Source: Amoebophrya sp. A120 (taxonomy: Eukaryota; Protista; Dinoflagellata). Taken from it: a stretch of DNA of 64,000 nt. Below are positions 1-11,219 of the stretch, piece after piece. The translations under genes were made by a program, and so were the position numbers. How positions within the stretch are numbered: position 1 is the stretch's first letter; each line of letters begins with the position of its first letter. The notes below the pieces were generated by a model. That model worked only from the letters and a program-made list of their open reading frames with translations, did not search any database and had not been told where the DNA came from. The stretch covers positions 2,910,158-2,974,157 of the forward strand of contig CAJINV010000013.1 of NCBI GenBank assembly GCA_905178155.1, written 5' to 3'.

Positions 1-860
1 TAGCTTCAAAAACTTCGAAGGCCTGAAAGCCTTAGCCTTGATAGGAGTATGCTGAGGATAGCACTCAGCAAATATTCTTAGCCTTACAAATTCAGCACTC
101 GCGCACCATCACAAGCGCACCGCGTTGCTGTTCGAAGCTTCGCGCATATAGTTGAATCTCGGTCAGAAGATTCGACTAGAGATCTCGGGCAAGAGATGCA
201 TGGCTCCACGGCTCTCAGGACGGATCATACCTTGATCCTGATTCTGAGACCCGAGCAGCATATGCTTGCGTTTACCGCTTTGTATTAGTGGCAAGACACA
301 TTTGCCGAGTATTATGAGCTTCAGGCTCATCGTAGATTTTACTACAACTCTACCAGTTTCACTACTGTGCGCCCCGTAGTAGATCAGCAATAGATGATTG
401 CTGACTATGTATAGATTTTCTCTTCATCGTTTTGGCAGCTACTCCGACTCATTTGATCAGGAGCAGGGGAGTGTATTGCGCAGCAACTTGTCGTAGACTA
501 GAGCTGACGCTAGCATGTTCCTGAGATCAATGAGATCATAGAGATAGGCCAACCGTATACCGATAGGTAGATGAAGATCTAGACACATAGAGGGGCCGCA
601 CTAGTAGGATCACACCAAGGGGATCACTAGGATGACTAGGATCACACGCACTACACCACTAGGATGGTGAACCAGGTAACCATGACAATGGTATCAATGT
701 AAATGAATACAGTGCCAGAATGGCTTCTGGTCTCCGGGCCAGTAGCTTGAAGAAACAAATGCCCTGAACTCCGTAGCACCTTAACCTCTTAGGTGCCTAG
801 ATAGTAACTCTGTTCTCTATCTCAGGACAGCATGCTAGTGCGCATGCCAGTCCTCGGTGG

Positions 861-1415
861 TTGACACCTCGACAAACTACGTCCGCGTTCAAGCTGTCCA
901 ATGTCGGCCGTCCCATTTTGAACGGCAGGAGAGATCGTCGCGATCCGGCCGCGGCGGGACCAACGGACTCGGAATCCTTCGCCTCGCTGCTGCAGCAAAA
1001 AACGAAAAATAAAGTCGGCACCCAGAAAGTCAAAGCGGCGAAGGCCTCGTCGACGTCGCGGAAGGGAGAAAAGAGCGACGCACTACTGTACCAACTGCAA
1101 CAGGCAAAGGCCGAGCTAACGGAGGCAGAGGCGGAGCTCGAGGCGGCAAGGGAAGAGCTGGAAGAGGCATCCTGGAAGGCCGCCGCGGAGCTGCAGGAGA
1201 AGCACCACCTAGCAATGAAGGGTGCTGTGTACACGTCTCCCGCTGAGGCGCAAGCGGCGAACCTGCCTACCCTGTACCGTCCTTTTGACCTGATGGCCGT
1301 GTGCGAGAAGGACTTTTTCGAATTTGTTGTTCAGTGCTGCCGCGACGAATTCAGCTCTGCGGCGAACTCAATGGAAAACACGGCGCCGCTGGTATCCCGG
1401 ACGCAAGAAAGCTAG
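861..1415 (+). CDS. Probable coding exon, hypothetical coiled-coil protein (start and 3' continuation uncertain)
   Basis: 184-codon GC-rich ORF with a heptad-like segment (LQQAKAELTEAEAELEAAREELEEASWKAAAELQEK). It begins at TTG, and I recognise no family. Confidence 0.4.
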   Translation: MTPRQTTSAFKLSNVGRPILNGRRDRRDPAAAGPTDSESFASLLQQKTKNKVGTQKVKAAKASSTSRKGEKSDALLYQLQQAKAELTEAEAELEAAREELEEASWKAAAELQEKHHLAMKGAVYTSPAEAQAANLPTLYRPFDLMAVCEKDFFEFVVQCCRDEFSSAANSMENTAPLVSRTQES

Positions 1416-2370
1416 CATCCCTGAAAAGAAATTATGTGATACTGCGGAAAAATAGAAAAGAGAAAGACGCACGCCTGTGGTAAGTAAAAACAGCGTGTGC
1501 GCTGCTATGTCATGGGCGTCTTGTAGCCCGTGTGGCCACACCTTTATTTGTCAATAAGCAAGCACCAAACTGATGATGATGATAACGGCGGTATGATGAA
1601 TGATTTTCTTCATTTTTCCAAATAAACATAAGCTGGATGATGTGATGCGCGCTGTAGCTTTCTCTTGCTTTGATAGTCGAGCGAAGCGGACAAGGTGTGG
1701 TGTGATGAAATGGTGCAGAAGTTTATCAAAGTGAAGACCTCTCCTTCGTTCCCACGTTCAAACAAGGACTGATTTTGCAGGATTGGCGTAGTCAAGTCGT
1801 CTTGCAAGAAAGCTATGGCTTAGTACGAATGTTCTGTCACGCTATTGCTTTGCGTGGAGTGCCTTCGCCTATGAAACCGAATAGGCGACAGTCATTCGCT
1901 GCTATTCGCGACTAGAATCCGTATTCTTTGTCTTCTTGCGTGACATAACCAAAGACAGCATCAGTCGATATCTTCTCTCCAATACGGAGAGGGGTGATTT
2001 TTTCTCGCTATAGAGTTCGATGGCGCGCGGGCGAACCACCCGGAGCTGAAGGCGGTTGGCGGTTGTCCGGCACGCGTGTCGCGCGACAAATTTACCCAAC
2101 AGACAAGTACACCCGTACCAGATAAAGAAGAAATATGTCCAGGTTTTTATTGTTGTGTCACATTTTGCTGTCCAGCATGAAAAGTTTTTGGGGCACCTTT
2201 ATCATGCTGATGCGCGTAATAAATTATGTACATTCCTCATTCTGCATGAGTTCCCGTTGCCGATCAGCACCACCAACAGAAAAACACCAACAAACGTTTA
2301 TAGTTGTTTTGTGGTATGGCAAGGGGTACACTTTTCTATTGGATACAATTTTGTTCTCATGCTGACACAG

Positions 2371-3995
2371 AGGCCAAGCTCTCTATGCTCTCTTCGAAGG
2401 ACGCGGTGAACTTCAAAGGGCCGTGGAACGTGGATTGGCCCCTTCTTTACCGGGAAACCACGGATGCGGACTTGCTGAAAATTACGGACTCGTATCCATT
2501 GCAAATTTACAGTCTGGGTCGGTTTGTATATGCAGGTGTTGATTCGCCTAGAAGGTCGGACACGCATCCCACAGCAATTTTTTTTGTTCTGGGGAAGTAG
2601 TCACCTCCAAGATTACATACTCCTGCCTCTGTTGCACTTCGAACGCGCCTGCTTCTGTTGCCCATTCAATTTCTCAGCGGACAGGGCGAGACAAGGCCTC
2701 CGGCTGCGCTGCTTTCGGTCCGTGGTTCGTAGGAGGGTCCGCGACTTCCTTTCATCATGCTCATCACCTATCATGAAATTCCACCGAGATAGCACATTCG
2801 GGCTTTGCAGCAACTGCGAAGCCGCGCGGCCCTGTTAATTCAATGCAGCACGAATACTCATGGTCGGAATTACGGGCGAGGCCCGAAGGCCACTCAGCAC
2901 GAAGCGCATCGGCTCACCGTGTTTTATCTTTCAGGCCCATGACAACGATCCCCGTTATTTAACCGGGAAAGGGGCCGACGGACCTGGTCGGTCTTTATTT
3001 GGTGGGGACTCTGCTCGGAGGCGCATCATGCTCAGCAGATTCGGTGCTTTAGACCCTGACTCGGAAGGGTTCTGATCACATTGCCAACAGCTTCGCCTGA
3101 GAAGTTTCGCTCGCTTGCTTTTGCGGCGTGACAACGCGGGCGAAGGTCTCGCTGACCGTGAGCGTGATTATATATAAGTTTGCACTTTTGATCTCGGCAC
3201 AGACAAGATGTTTGCACTGGATACCAAGCTCGTGAGGGTCACTTTTCCGGTGGTTTTGGATGCCGACCAGTGCACGAAGGTCCGCGCTGGGCTGCAAAAG
3301 ATGTGCTGCATTCAGGATATGCACCGAAAAAGTATGGCACTAGTAGTAATCGCGCAACAAATTTGATCTGAAGAGAAAATGGAACCTTTGAGGACGCACA
3401 TTCAGCTAAGAAAGTACTATCGTCATGCACGCTTGCGATTAGTATTAGTACGAGTGCGATGCTTTGACACAGGATGCAAGACCCAATGTCCTTCACGGAC
3501 CTTGAGAAACGGCTCTGCAACTCCATCGCGACGTCGTACAACAAGCTGGAGGCGACGACAGCGGTACTCTGAGTAAAAACGTCCCCATGCCCCCTCTCAT
3601 GCACAGCCACATGTATGGGCAGCGTTTCTTTTCTAGTACTGCTTTTGAATTTGTCATCCTATGAGGAGAGGATCGATTTGGATTTCGACTTCACGGGCTT
3701 CACGTGACCACAATGCGAGCCCAGCCTTGTCATGCGCGACAGCCAAAGCCTCTCCATGTGTGTAAGTAGCAAAGCCCCCACCTTGACATTGACTATGACA
3801 TCGGGACATTTTCACACAGGATAAGCGGACGCAACCTGTCCCCCGCTGGTTTTCAAGGAAGTCTGCGGGAACGACAACTTGAGCCTCAGTTCGACGGACG
3901 AGTCTCTCGGGCCGGAAGATTCGACGGACGGGCCGCCCCAAGGCCTCGCTTCTTCGAATGCGGCGGGCGCCGCAGAGGAAGCGGGATGCTGCTAA
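2371..3995 (+). CDS. Hypothetical protein, spliced (3' part of gene; 5' exons not defined)
   Basis: Removing elements 3318-3476 and 3565-3823, each with one TSD, gives a continuous frame LVRVTFPVVLDADQCTKVRAGLQKMCCIQDPMSFTDLEKRLCNSIATSYNKLEATTADATCPPLVFKE...EEAGCC*. The upstream exon (..KGPWNVDWPLLYRETTDADLLKITDS) joins in frame if 2493-3223 is also removed. Confidence 0.55.
2493..3223. mobile_element. Candidate long or degenerate introner (family A'), boundaries uncertain
   Basis: Left end TATCCATTGCAAA..GTCTG matches the reverse complement of the right end (CAGAC..TTTGCACTGGATA). The flanks ACTCG/CCAAG are not a good TSD, but removal keeps the frame. It could instead be two elements with an internal exon. 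Confidence 0.35.
3318..3476. mobile_element. Introner, short family H (~160 bp)
   Basis: TAT...ATG ends, TSD CAGGA/CAAGA. Similar along its length to 42849-43005 and at the right end to 58430-58592. Removal restores the frame (CIQ-D-PMSF). Confidence 0.7.
3565..3823. mobile_element. Introner, family C
   Basis: TACTCTGAGTAAAAACGTCCC ... GGGACATTTTCACACAGGATA; perfect TSD AGCGG; frame restored (TTA-D-ATC). Confidence 0.8.
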
Positions 3996-5317
3996 AAGCA
4001 GTCGCTCGGCCAGGGATCCAGCTAAAAGCCTATCGTTTTCCTTTTTCTGCAAATTAAAATTTTTACTTACGCAAATGCCAGTCTTACACGCCGCTCGACT
4101 CTTCAGACGGCGTTTGCCTCGACAAGAGCATGAATCAGCAAGAAGATGATCATCATTCCATTTCGCATTGCACTTTCACGCACAACTTTTTCAAGAAGTA
4201 GTACTGTATGATGTTTGCACAGAACTCTACTCAGAGCTACGCAGCTTCCATACATGCGCAAGTAGAAGTAGCACCCAAAGTAAGTATTTGAATTGTTTCT
4301 AATAAATAAAACTTCGCAATTTTATACATTTTTTCAACACGCAAGCACCTTTTAAACTCCGTAAACCGTTAACGTAAGTATACTAGAGCAAAAAAACAAC
4401 ACTAATTCCCTGCCCCTCTCAACCTCTCAACGCCCCCCTTTCCCACCATAGCTCTCCACGCGAACGAAAGTAGGATGATGGCGCGCAAAGTCAAACAAAG
4501 CAGCTGCATGTACGTGGGCAATCAATCTATTTTCAGTATGGCAGTATACAACCTGCACAACTGCTATACGGGCAAACAGAGTACAGTAGCAGCTTTTAGA
4601 ACAGGATTTATTCTCACGTTTTCCTCAGGATTTGTTTACGTTTCTCCCCCTTGATCTCACGAGTGCGATGATGACCTTGCTGCACGGTCGCGTTTCCACG
4701 AGTGTGTTTGTTCAGTTGGTTCTTGTTCTTCTGCCATGGCCGTATCGTCCGCATCTTTCGCGACAACTTTAACGTCGTTACAAACGAGAGAACCTAGGAA
4801 GGGTAGCTCCGGGCGGTCAGGTGGTCACAAGCGAAGATCCGTCGCGTATAACAGAGGCGCTATGACTGTGCTGGTGACGAAAAAACGCGAGATCATGTAG
4901 TATGGATCTCTCCCTGCTACGGAGCCAGGTGCAGGATCATCTTCCGTAAGAAAATAATACGACTTCGTGCCACGAAGTATGATAAGCGAAGTCATCAAGA
5001 AGTACAGTTCTGTCGCGGGCGCAGGTAAAAATAGGAGACGATATAAGCGCGTGAGGATCTAGAATTCAGCATCATGTGAGCATCAAAATAGATGATCATT
5101 ATGCGAGAAGAGGCACGACCACTGTCTTTGTCGTGCTGGCGGCCTCTTGTTTTTTGGTCTTTTTTGTACTGGCGGGAAAGAACGGAAATTACGGCACCAA
5201 AGGAACAAGATCATGCTGCGATGGAAAGAGAGCTGTAGCTGCGGTTGCAGCAGGTAATCACTAATTGTTTTCGACGAGCGTCATGTAGTTGCTTTTCATA
5301 TCTCGAAAAGGAGAAAC

Positions 5318-6941
5318 ATGCCCTTGGTCGCATCGGCGCCGGCCGGAGGTGCGCGAAGGAATTTGTCAAGCGCGGTGGACAGTTCCTGTTTCGCGGCGCT
5401 GCAGCACCCCGTGAATACGTTGCGTTGCTTCGTGGTGTTTGTGCTACTCGTCGCATCCTTCCTGCCCGCCTACTCGACCGACCGCCTGGTCACCAAGTCC
5501 TCTCGGTGCGCGGGGCTGGCCACCGGGGTGGAACTTGTGTGGCAACCAGTCAAGCAGTTTTGCTTCGCGTTCTTGGCCCTGGACCTGTTTGGCTTCGTGC
5601 TTTGCGGCCGGAGGACATCTTCAACGGGCACTATCGCAGCAAGCAGCGCAACCTCGTCTACCAGTGGCGCAGCGGCAAGAGTAGCGGCGGGGTGCAGCAG
5701 TACCCACACGCGATGGTGGGGGCGAAGAGAAAAGCTTGTCGTGCGGCTCACCATGCTTTTCTTTTGGCTGTACGCGCTCTACGGTTGCTACGTGTACGGG
5801 GCTATGCATTTTTGCAAATATCATGTGTGGCTCTGGAAGATTGATGCCAGATCTGTCACGCCTGTCCGACATGACTCTGAACGAAGACAAAGAACTCTGT
5901 GACGCCTGAGCGCGAAAAAATCTCTTTTTTGGTATGCGGAGTATGCAAAGCATGGCAGAGCAAAAGCTTGTGGCCAAAAACATTCAGGGCTGCGTAACAT
6001 TGCAGTGTGACTATCGATCAAGATAAATGTTAGCACTTTACAAGGTAGTTTCCAGACCCAGGCACCTTTGCATTCGATGAATGCGGGCATAGCGGAGTCC
6101 AGGTTCAAATGCTGGAACGGACCAATCGTGGTACTGAAGTCTTGTCGTTGAAATTTTTTCTGTTGAAACAAGTTCCACAGCATTGATTTTTTTCAGTTTC
6201 TATTCTGATTCGTGTGCTTGTTGAAGAACTTTATTCTTCGTTCGTGCTCCTGAGGTGGCGCAAATTTGCAATGGTTGTACGATGATGAAAGTGCGTTCTT
6301 CTCGATCATCTTCACAACGCGAATAAACCTATTACCACCAGCTGACCATCCTTGCCATCTGGGTCTTTCTGATGTGGGTGCCGGTATGGTGGGCCTTTTT
6401 CGAGCAAGACCGAATCTCCGCGACAAATTCCGTATCCCCAGTAAAAATGTCTCCGCCACGTAGTCAAGGTTGGAAATCTGCTAAACAAATCCATAAGTTT
6501 TGGCACGGTCGCATGACAATTTTCGGTTTACTGCAGAGTGAGTGGTCTCGGCGAGCTAGGTCAACCGCATCACAAATTGATCGTCATACTTATCCCGCTT
6601 AGAGCATGACAAAATCCCAAATACCAGCAGAAAGCTCCCCTTCGGGGGTAGTCGCGCATGACACGCAGTCTGAGCATGTACAAATTTGCATGACAAATAA
6701 AACTCGGAGCTGCAGCTGGGGATGTTTTTACGCAGGATATTCCGCCTCCTCGCGCTACGTGATCCAGGAAGATTTAGAGGACGAGTTGCAGGACCTGGAA
6801 GAGAACCCGGTGTCGTATCAGGTTTGGCGTAGCGGAAAGATGCTGTACGCCAGTTTGACCAAAAGCGAAGTTAGGAAGTGGCTGGTCGCGAACCAGGCAG
6901 ACCGATGGACAGATTGTGTGGTCAGAGAAGTGCAGCTCTAG
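5318..6941 (+). CDS. Hypothetical multi-pass membrane protein, spliced (middle junctions unresolved)
   Basis: Hydrophobic ORF 5318-5802. The last two exons join across 6433-6739 as WVPVWWAFFEQDRISATNS-A-SSRYVIQEDLEDELQDL...REVQL*. Linking these into one gene is inference. Confidence 0.45.
5803..6083. mobile_element. Degenerate introner (family A/A'), ends approximate
   Basis: Left TATGCATTT..TGCAAATATCATGTGTGGCTCTGGAAG and right TTCCAGACCCAGGCACCTTTGCATTCGATG resemble family A TIRs; TSD not resolved. Confidence 0.45.
6433..6739. mobile_element. Introner, family C
   Basis: TATCCCCAGTAAAAATGTCTCC ... GGGGATGTTTTTACGCAGGATA; perfect TSD TTCCG; frame restored. Confidence 0.85.
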
Positions 6942-7570
6942 CGAAGTGCTGTACTACAGCTTCAACAATACAAACGAAGGTGCAAAACATGTAAGTCCTT
7001 TTGTTTCTGTGCGGGAACCACAATCCACAGATTGAGGGAAAATCGCACACGACCCATGGGAGGATTCCTCTGTCGTGAAAGATGCCCCCGTCGTGATTGT
7101 AGCGCGTTGTATTTGATTGTGTTTTTGAAGGTAGACGGATTGTTCTGGAGGTGTTGTGAGCGAGCATTAGCAGTCCTACATCGGAGAAGTTGTACTTGGA
7201 GTGCTGACTTGCTCGTCATCTTTGTTTATCATCTGAGCAGAGCAAGAAGAGCAGGTCGAACTGGGAGTAATTTCGCGGGACGGATTTTCGAGTTAGCGTA
7301 CGAGAGACAAGACCTCGTGAGCTGCGTCATCGAGGGACAATCTATCATGTTGAAGCTAACACTACACGACGCAAGCGCTGTCCTCGCCATTACAACACAG
7401 TCTCAGTGAAGGTTTCATCGACCCTCGTAGTGCGTTGTGCAAGTCCGGCCGGGAAAGGGAATGAATTTTTCCCTTCTGCTACTATTACTTGACCACATCA
7501 TGAAATCACGACAGCGTATGTACAAATAGAATCACCTTTATTTCATCGTACAACCACCTTCACAGCCACC

Positions 7571-8794
7571 ATGCGGTTTTCTCGCGACAACATGACCCGC
7601 TTTTTCACTACCACCGCAGTCGGACGACTTGCAACAGCAGCGGCATTTTTAAAGACCGTTTCCACCGCCCAGAGAACTCCCGCACAAGAAACCTCCGCTT
7701 TCCCAGAGGAGTTTGTGCCCGCGCAGCTGGCGAAGGTTTTGGACAAGTACTACGTCGAGAACCAGGACGCGGCGGCGGTTTTCCACTATCCGAAACTGGT
7801 TTTTGCGGGACCCGCGGGTACGGTGGAGGCGAAGGCGGTGGACTTTTACCTGAAAAGGAACGTGAAAGACCTCCCACAAAAAGTCCTGAAAGCGTGGAAC
7901 GAAAAGTGCGCGGCCAAAGCGGAGGAGGGCGGGAGTACTATTGGTACTAGAACGGGAAAACCATACAGCAGTGTGGTCTCGTCCATTCACGGTACAACAA
8001 TTCCCCAACCGCTCGTGCAAGTTGAGTGGCTGGTCACTCCGCTACCCGGCGTCGCTGCGCTCGTTAGTCAGCCAGTAGTGCCGTCCTCTCTGCAGGCTGG
8101 AGTTGTTTCTGCAGTAGGACAAGTGAAAAAAACGAGTCCGGATGTTCCGGCAACTACTACCGCCTGCGAAAGTCCAAGTTCCGGCACCAGGCCCAGTTCG
8201 CCATTCACCGTGCACTTCGCCCCCGCGTACGACTCCTGCGTGGATCTGCAAACCTTCCACCGTAACCTCCTCTGTTTCGACTACAGTGTGCCGAATAAAG
8301 AGGAGAGGAAGCGGTTCACCGAGTGGTTGCTGAACGAAAAACTCGCGACGGCAGCAAACAGTGCCTCCTTGCGGCAAAAGTTCAACGACCTTTCAACCGC
8401 GGCGATTGCGCAGCTGGTCGAGACCGTGTTCAATCATTTGACCTTGGACGAGATCGAGTTGCTCTTCTTCGCGGCGCTAGCGGAGCAGGAGAAGAACGCC
8501 AGTCCCGGGGGTGTTCTGCTGCGACACTTCGAGAAGGCGAAGGAAGCACTGCAGTGGACGGAGGTTGGCTCGAAGAAGAGAAGATCCGTCATGTCTATGT
8601 TTTCTTCACCCACGACCACCACTGAAGCTCTTTCGCAGCACCAAGACGCGACGTCGAGATCATGGGGAGAGCAAGTGGACGGCGTCGCAGAGCAGACTGC
8701 ATCTACTTCGGAGGAGATGAAAAACAGCACGACTGTGTTGACCAATGCCGCGAGCGAGAATGCACTGTATATATCACAAAGAGCTTCTACTTGA
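7571..8794 (+). CDS. Hypothetical protein (407 aa ORF)
   Basis: Long ATG-initiated ORF with coding-like GC3 and no family recognised. It may splice onward to the exons at 8850-10816. Confidence 0.6.
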   Translation: MRFSRDNMTRFFTTTAVGRLATAAAFLKTVSTAQRTPAQETSAFPEEFVPAQLAKVLDKYYVENQDAAAVFHYPKLVFAGPAGTVEAKAVDFYLKRNVKDLPQKVLKAWNEKCAAKAEEGGSTIGTRTGKPYSSVVSSIHGTTIPQPLVQVEWLVTPLPGVAALVSQPVVPSSLQAGVVSAVGQVKKTSPDVPATTTACESPSSGTRPSSPFTVHFAPAYDSCVDLQTFHRNLLCFDYSVPNKEERKRFTEWLLNEKLATAANSASLRQKFNDLSTAAIAQLVETVFNHLTLDEIELLFFAALAEQEKNASPGGVLLRHFEKAKEALQWTEVGSKKRRSVMSMFSSPTTTTEALSQHQDATSRSWGEQVDGVAEQTASTSEEMKNSTTVLTNAASENALYISQRAST

Positions 8795-8900
8795 GTGTCA
8801 TACTAACTCGTCCGTGTGCAGGGAAATTAATAGATAGGTACATCTACCAGTGAGCAAAAGGAACGTATTTCCGAGGATAAAAGCGGCGGGCGGATTCAAG

Positions 8901-10816
8901 ATGTTCTTCTTTTACACGAAACTGATCAGGTTGAAGGAGCTGCTGCCGAGCTGGCTGCACTTTCCGCCGGTTGTGTGGGGCCTGTTCGTATCAACTGTAA
9001 AAATGTCTGGGTCTGGAAAAATTCATGTTTGTCATGCTTGTCTGGCATGACTCTTAAATCTGTCATGCACGTTACCCAAGAGCTCCGTTTTTCTGTGATG
9101 CAAAAGCGCAGTTTGTCATGCAGAATAGGCAACACCTGAGAGCTCAGAAACTTCTCATGCTGAGTCAGCATTTGTAGCCTCATCATGAGACGCCCCCCAG
9201 CATCACAAGTTCCCAGACCCAGACATTTTTACTTTTGATAGTTCGCTTTTGCGTTGATCGCGCACTTCATGACGCAGTACATGTATCAAATGCAAAAATG
9301 TCTGGGTCTGGAAGAATGCGCGATTTGTCATGCAGCTTTTCCATGCGCCATGAGGTCTGGAATGCAGGACCTAGCATGACAGATTCTATGCGATCTCTCT
9401 CATGCCTGTCCTGCATGAGAAACTCCCTCCCGACTTGGTCAGAACTGGACGACTTTTGGTAATCATGCAACGCAGATTTTTGCATGCTTCAGATGTAGCA
9501 TGACAAGTTGCATTCTTCCAGACCCAGACACTTTTGCACTTGATAACATGACGCACCGAACGAAGCAGCATCGCGGCCCCATGGCGGGGAAGGGAGGAGC
9601 CGCGGTATCAAATGTCAAAATGTCTGGGTCTGGAAGAGTCATGCTGTTTTTGCATGACACAGAAGGTCTGGCATGGAAGCTCTAGCATCACAGGTTTCGA
9701 GAAGCTTCCGCAATGCCGAATCCGCATGACAAGTCCCCTACTTTGCTGACAGAAAGTGTGCAGCTACTTTTGCTACGTATGCATGAGAGACTTTTCTGTG
9801 TTCTGAAATACGCATTACAAGTTGCATTCTTCCAGACCCAGACATTTTTGCATTTGATACGCGGCGCAGAGGATCAACTCCATGTTTCAGCAAGGCAAAG
9901 GCGGGCATTTGCTGAAGGGGAAGAACGCCGGGAATTCCATGGAGGAACTCAGTATCGGAGGGAGAGGACTCTTGGAATCAACAGTGAGCTTCGTTCTTTC
10001 TGCGGTCATGAGAAGAAGCGTAAACGTATGGATTCATTTTCCGCAATCGGTCGCAGCAGCGCTCGCGCTAAGTGGTTCGTTGGGGATATGACAGCACACC
10101 TAACCGCCGCTTCGCAGAACCCATGAATGATCAGAAGTGTGGCTTGCTTGCTCGCAAAAATACACATTATGTGGTTTAGGTTTTGTTGCACCACCTTCGA
10201 TAATAAATTTGATTGATTCAAGAGTTTTTTTTCCGCCATACGCTTGAAGATGGTCGGTATGGACAACAAGGGCGGGATTGGTGGCAAGGCGGACCTGCTG
10301 AACCTGATGAAGGGCGCTGCTTCTATGGGTCCCGGCGGGAAGCAGGCCGGTGCGACGGCGTTTCCCGGTGCAGTTCCCGATTTCGGCAAGGGCGGGGGCG
10401 ACTTCACGTTTGCAAACGGCAATGGCGAGGATGATTTTGACTATGACGACGAGGAGGATTACGAGGTGCCGGCTAGTGGGGGAACTACAACATCAGCAGC
10501 CCGGGATAAAAATCCCAAAGCGCCGGGAGGTAGTAATACCAGTACAACTTCTAGTAGAGCGAAAAATATCAATTCCGAGAATTTGGGCAAGGGTAGTGGT
10601 ACTACGAACAGCAACAGAGCTAATCAGCTGCACCAGCAAAATAATAAATCCGGTGACAATTGGCAGGAGCAACTGGTGGAACTGCTTTCGGACCAGAACC
10701 TGGATACAAAAAACACCACGGTGGACGAGATGATGCGGATGCTGGCCGGGGAGGATGGTGCTGAGGCGACAGGTGTTAGTAATACGAGGAATGGCGCGGC
10801 AAAAAAAGTGAAGTAG
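8901..10816 (+). CDS. Hypothetical single-TM, Gly/Lys/Met-rich protein; three introners and one GT-AG intron
   Basis: Removing 8989-9240, 9284-9545 and 9606-9859 (plus one TSD each) and GT-AG intron 9984-10249 gives MFFFYTKL...VVWGLFAFALIAHFMTQYMTHRTKQHRGPMAGKGGAAAQRINSMFQQGKGG...LLEST-MVGMDNKGG...KKVK*. A second frame is also open across the three small exons, so start and frame are less certain than the junctions. Confidence 0.65.
8989..9240. mobile_element. Introner, family A
   Basis: TATCAACTGTAAAAATGTCTGGGTCTGG ... CCAGACCCAGACATTTTTACTTTTGATA (~28-30 bp TIR); perfect TSD GTTCG. Confidence 0.92.
9284..9545. mobile_element. Introner, family A
   Basis: TATCAAATGCAAAAATGTCTGGGTCTGGAAGAATGC ... 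GCATTCTTCCAGACCCAGACACTTTTGCACTTGATA; perfect TSD ACATG. Confidence 0.93.
9606..9859. mobile_element. Introner, family A
   Basis: TATCAAATGTCAAAATGTCTGGGTCTGGAAGA ... TCTTCCAGACCCAGACATTTTTGCATTTGATA; perfect TSD CGCGG. Confidence 0.93.
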
Positions 10817-11219
10817 AAAGACGGGAATGTCGGTGTGTACTGACCTGAAATCTTCGATTAACGGACTTTTTGAATGTACGAAAGAAAATTGAAATTCTTT
10901 CAAGATTTAGATTTTTGTGATCGTCGACCCATGTCTTTCACAAGTGAAAGCTTCGCGCGCACGGCCGCACCAGCGCGCACGAGCGTGTTCAGCAGGATAT
11001 GTCTTTTGTCGCCACCGCTATATTGTTTTTTCTTTTTTGCTTTGTATACAAATACAGGGGTACCCGTACCCACAACTACTTATCTATCAAGTTGAGTACG
11101 TAGTTACTCTATGCGGAAGGGCTACTTCCTTGCTTTGCACTCGCTACGGAAAGAAGAATGAGCCTCAAGCTTGTGTAATATAGTCCACTTTAAAAAGCCG
11201 TTTTGAGAAAAAAGCGAAG

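Noticed and set aside
598-667. Short CTAGGATCACAC-like repeats
   Set aside because: Too few and too degenerate to assign as a repeat family or regulatory site.
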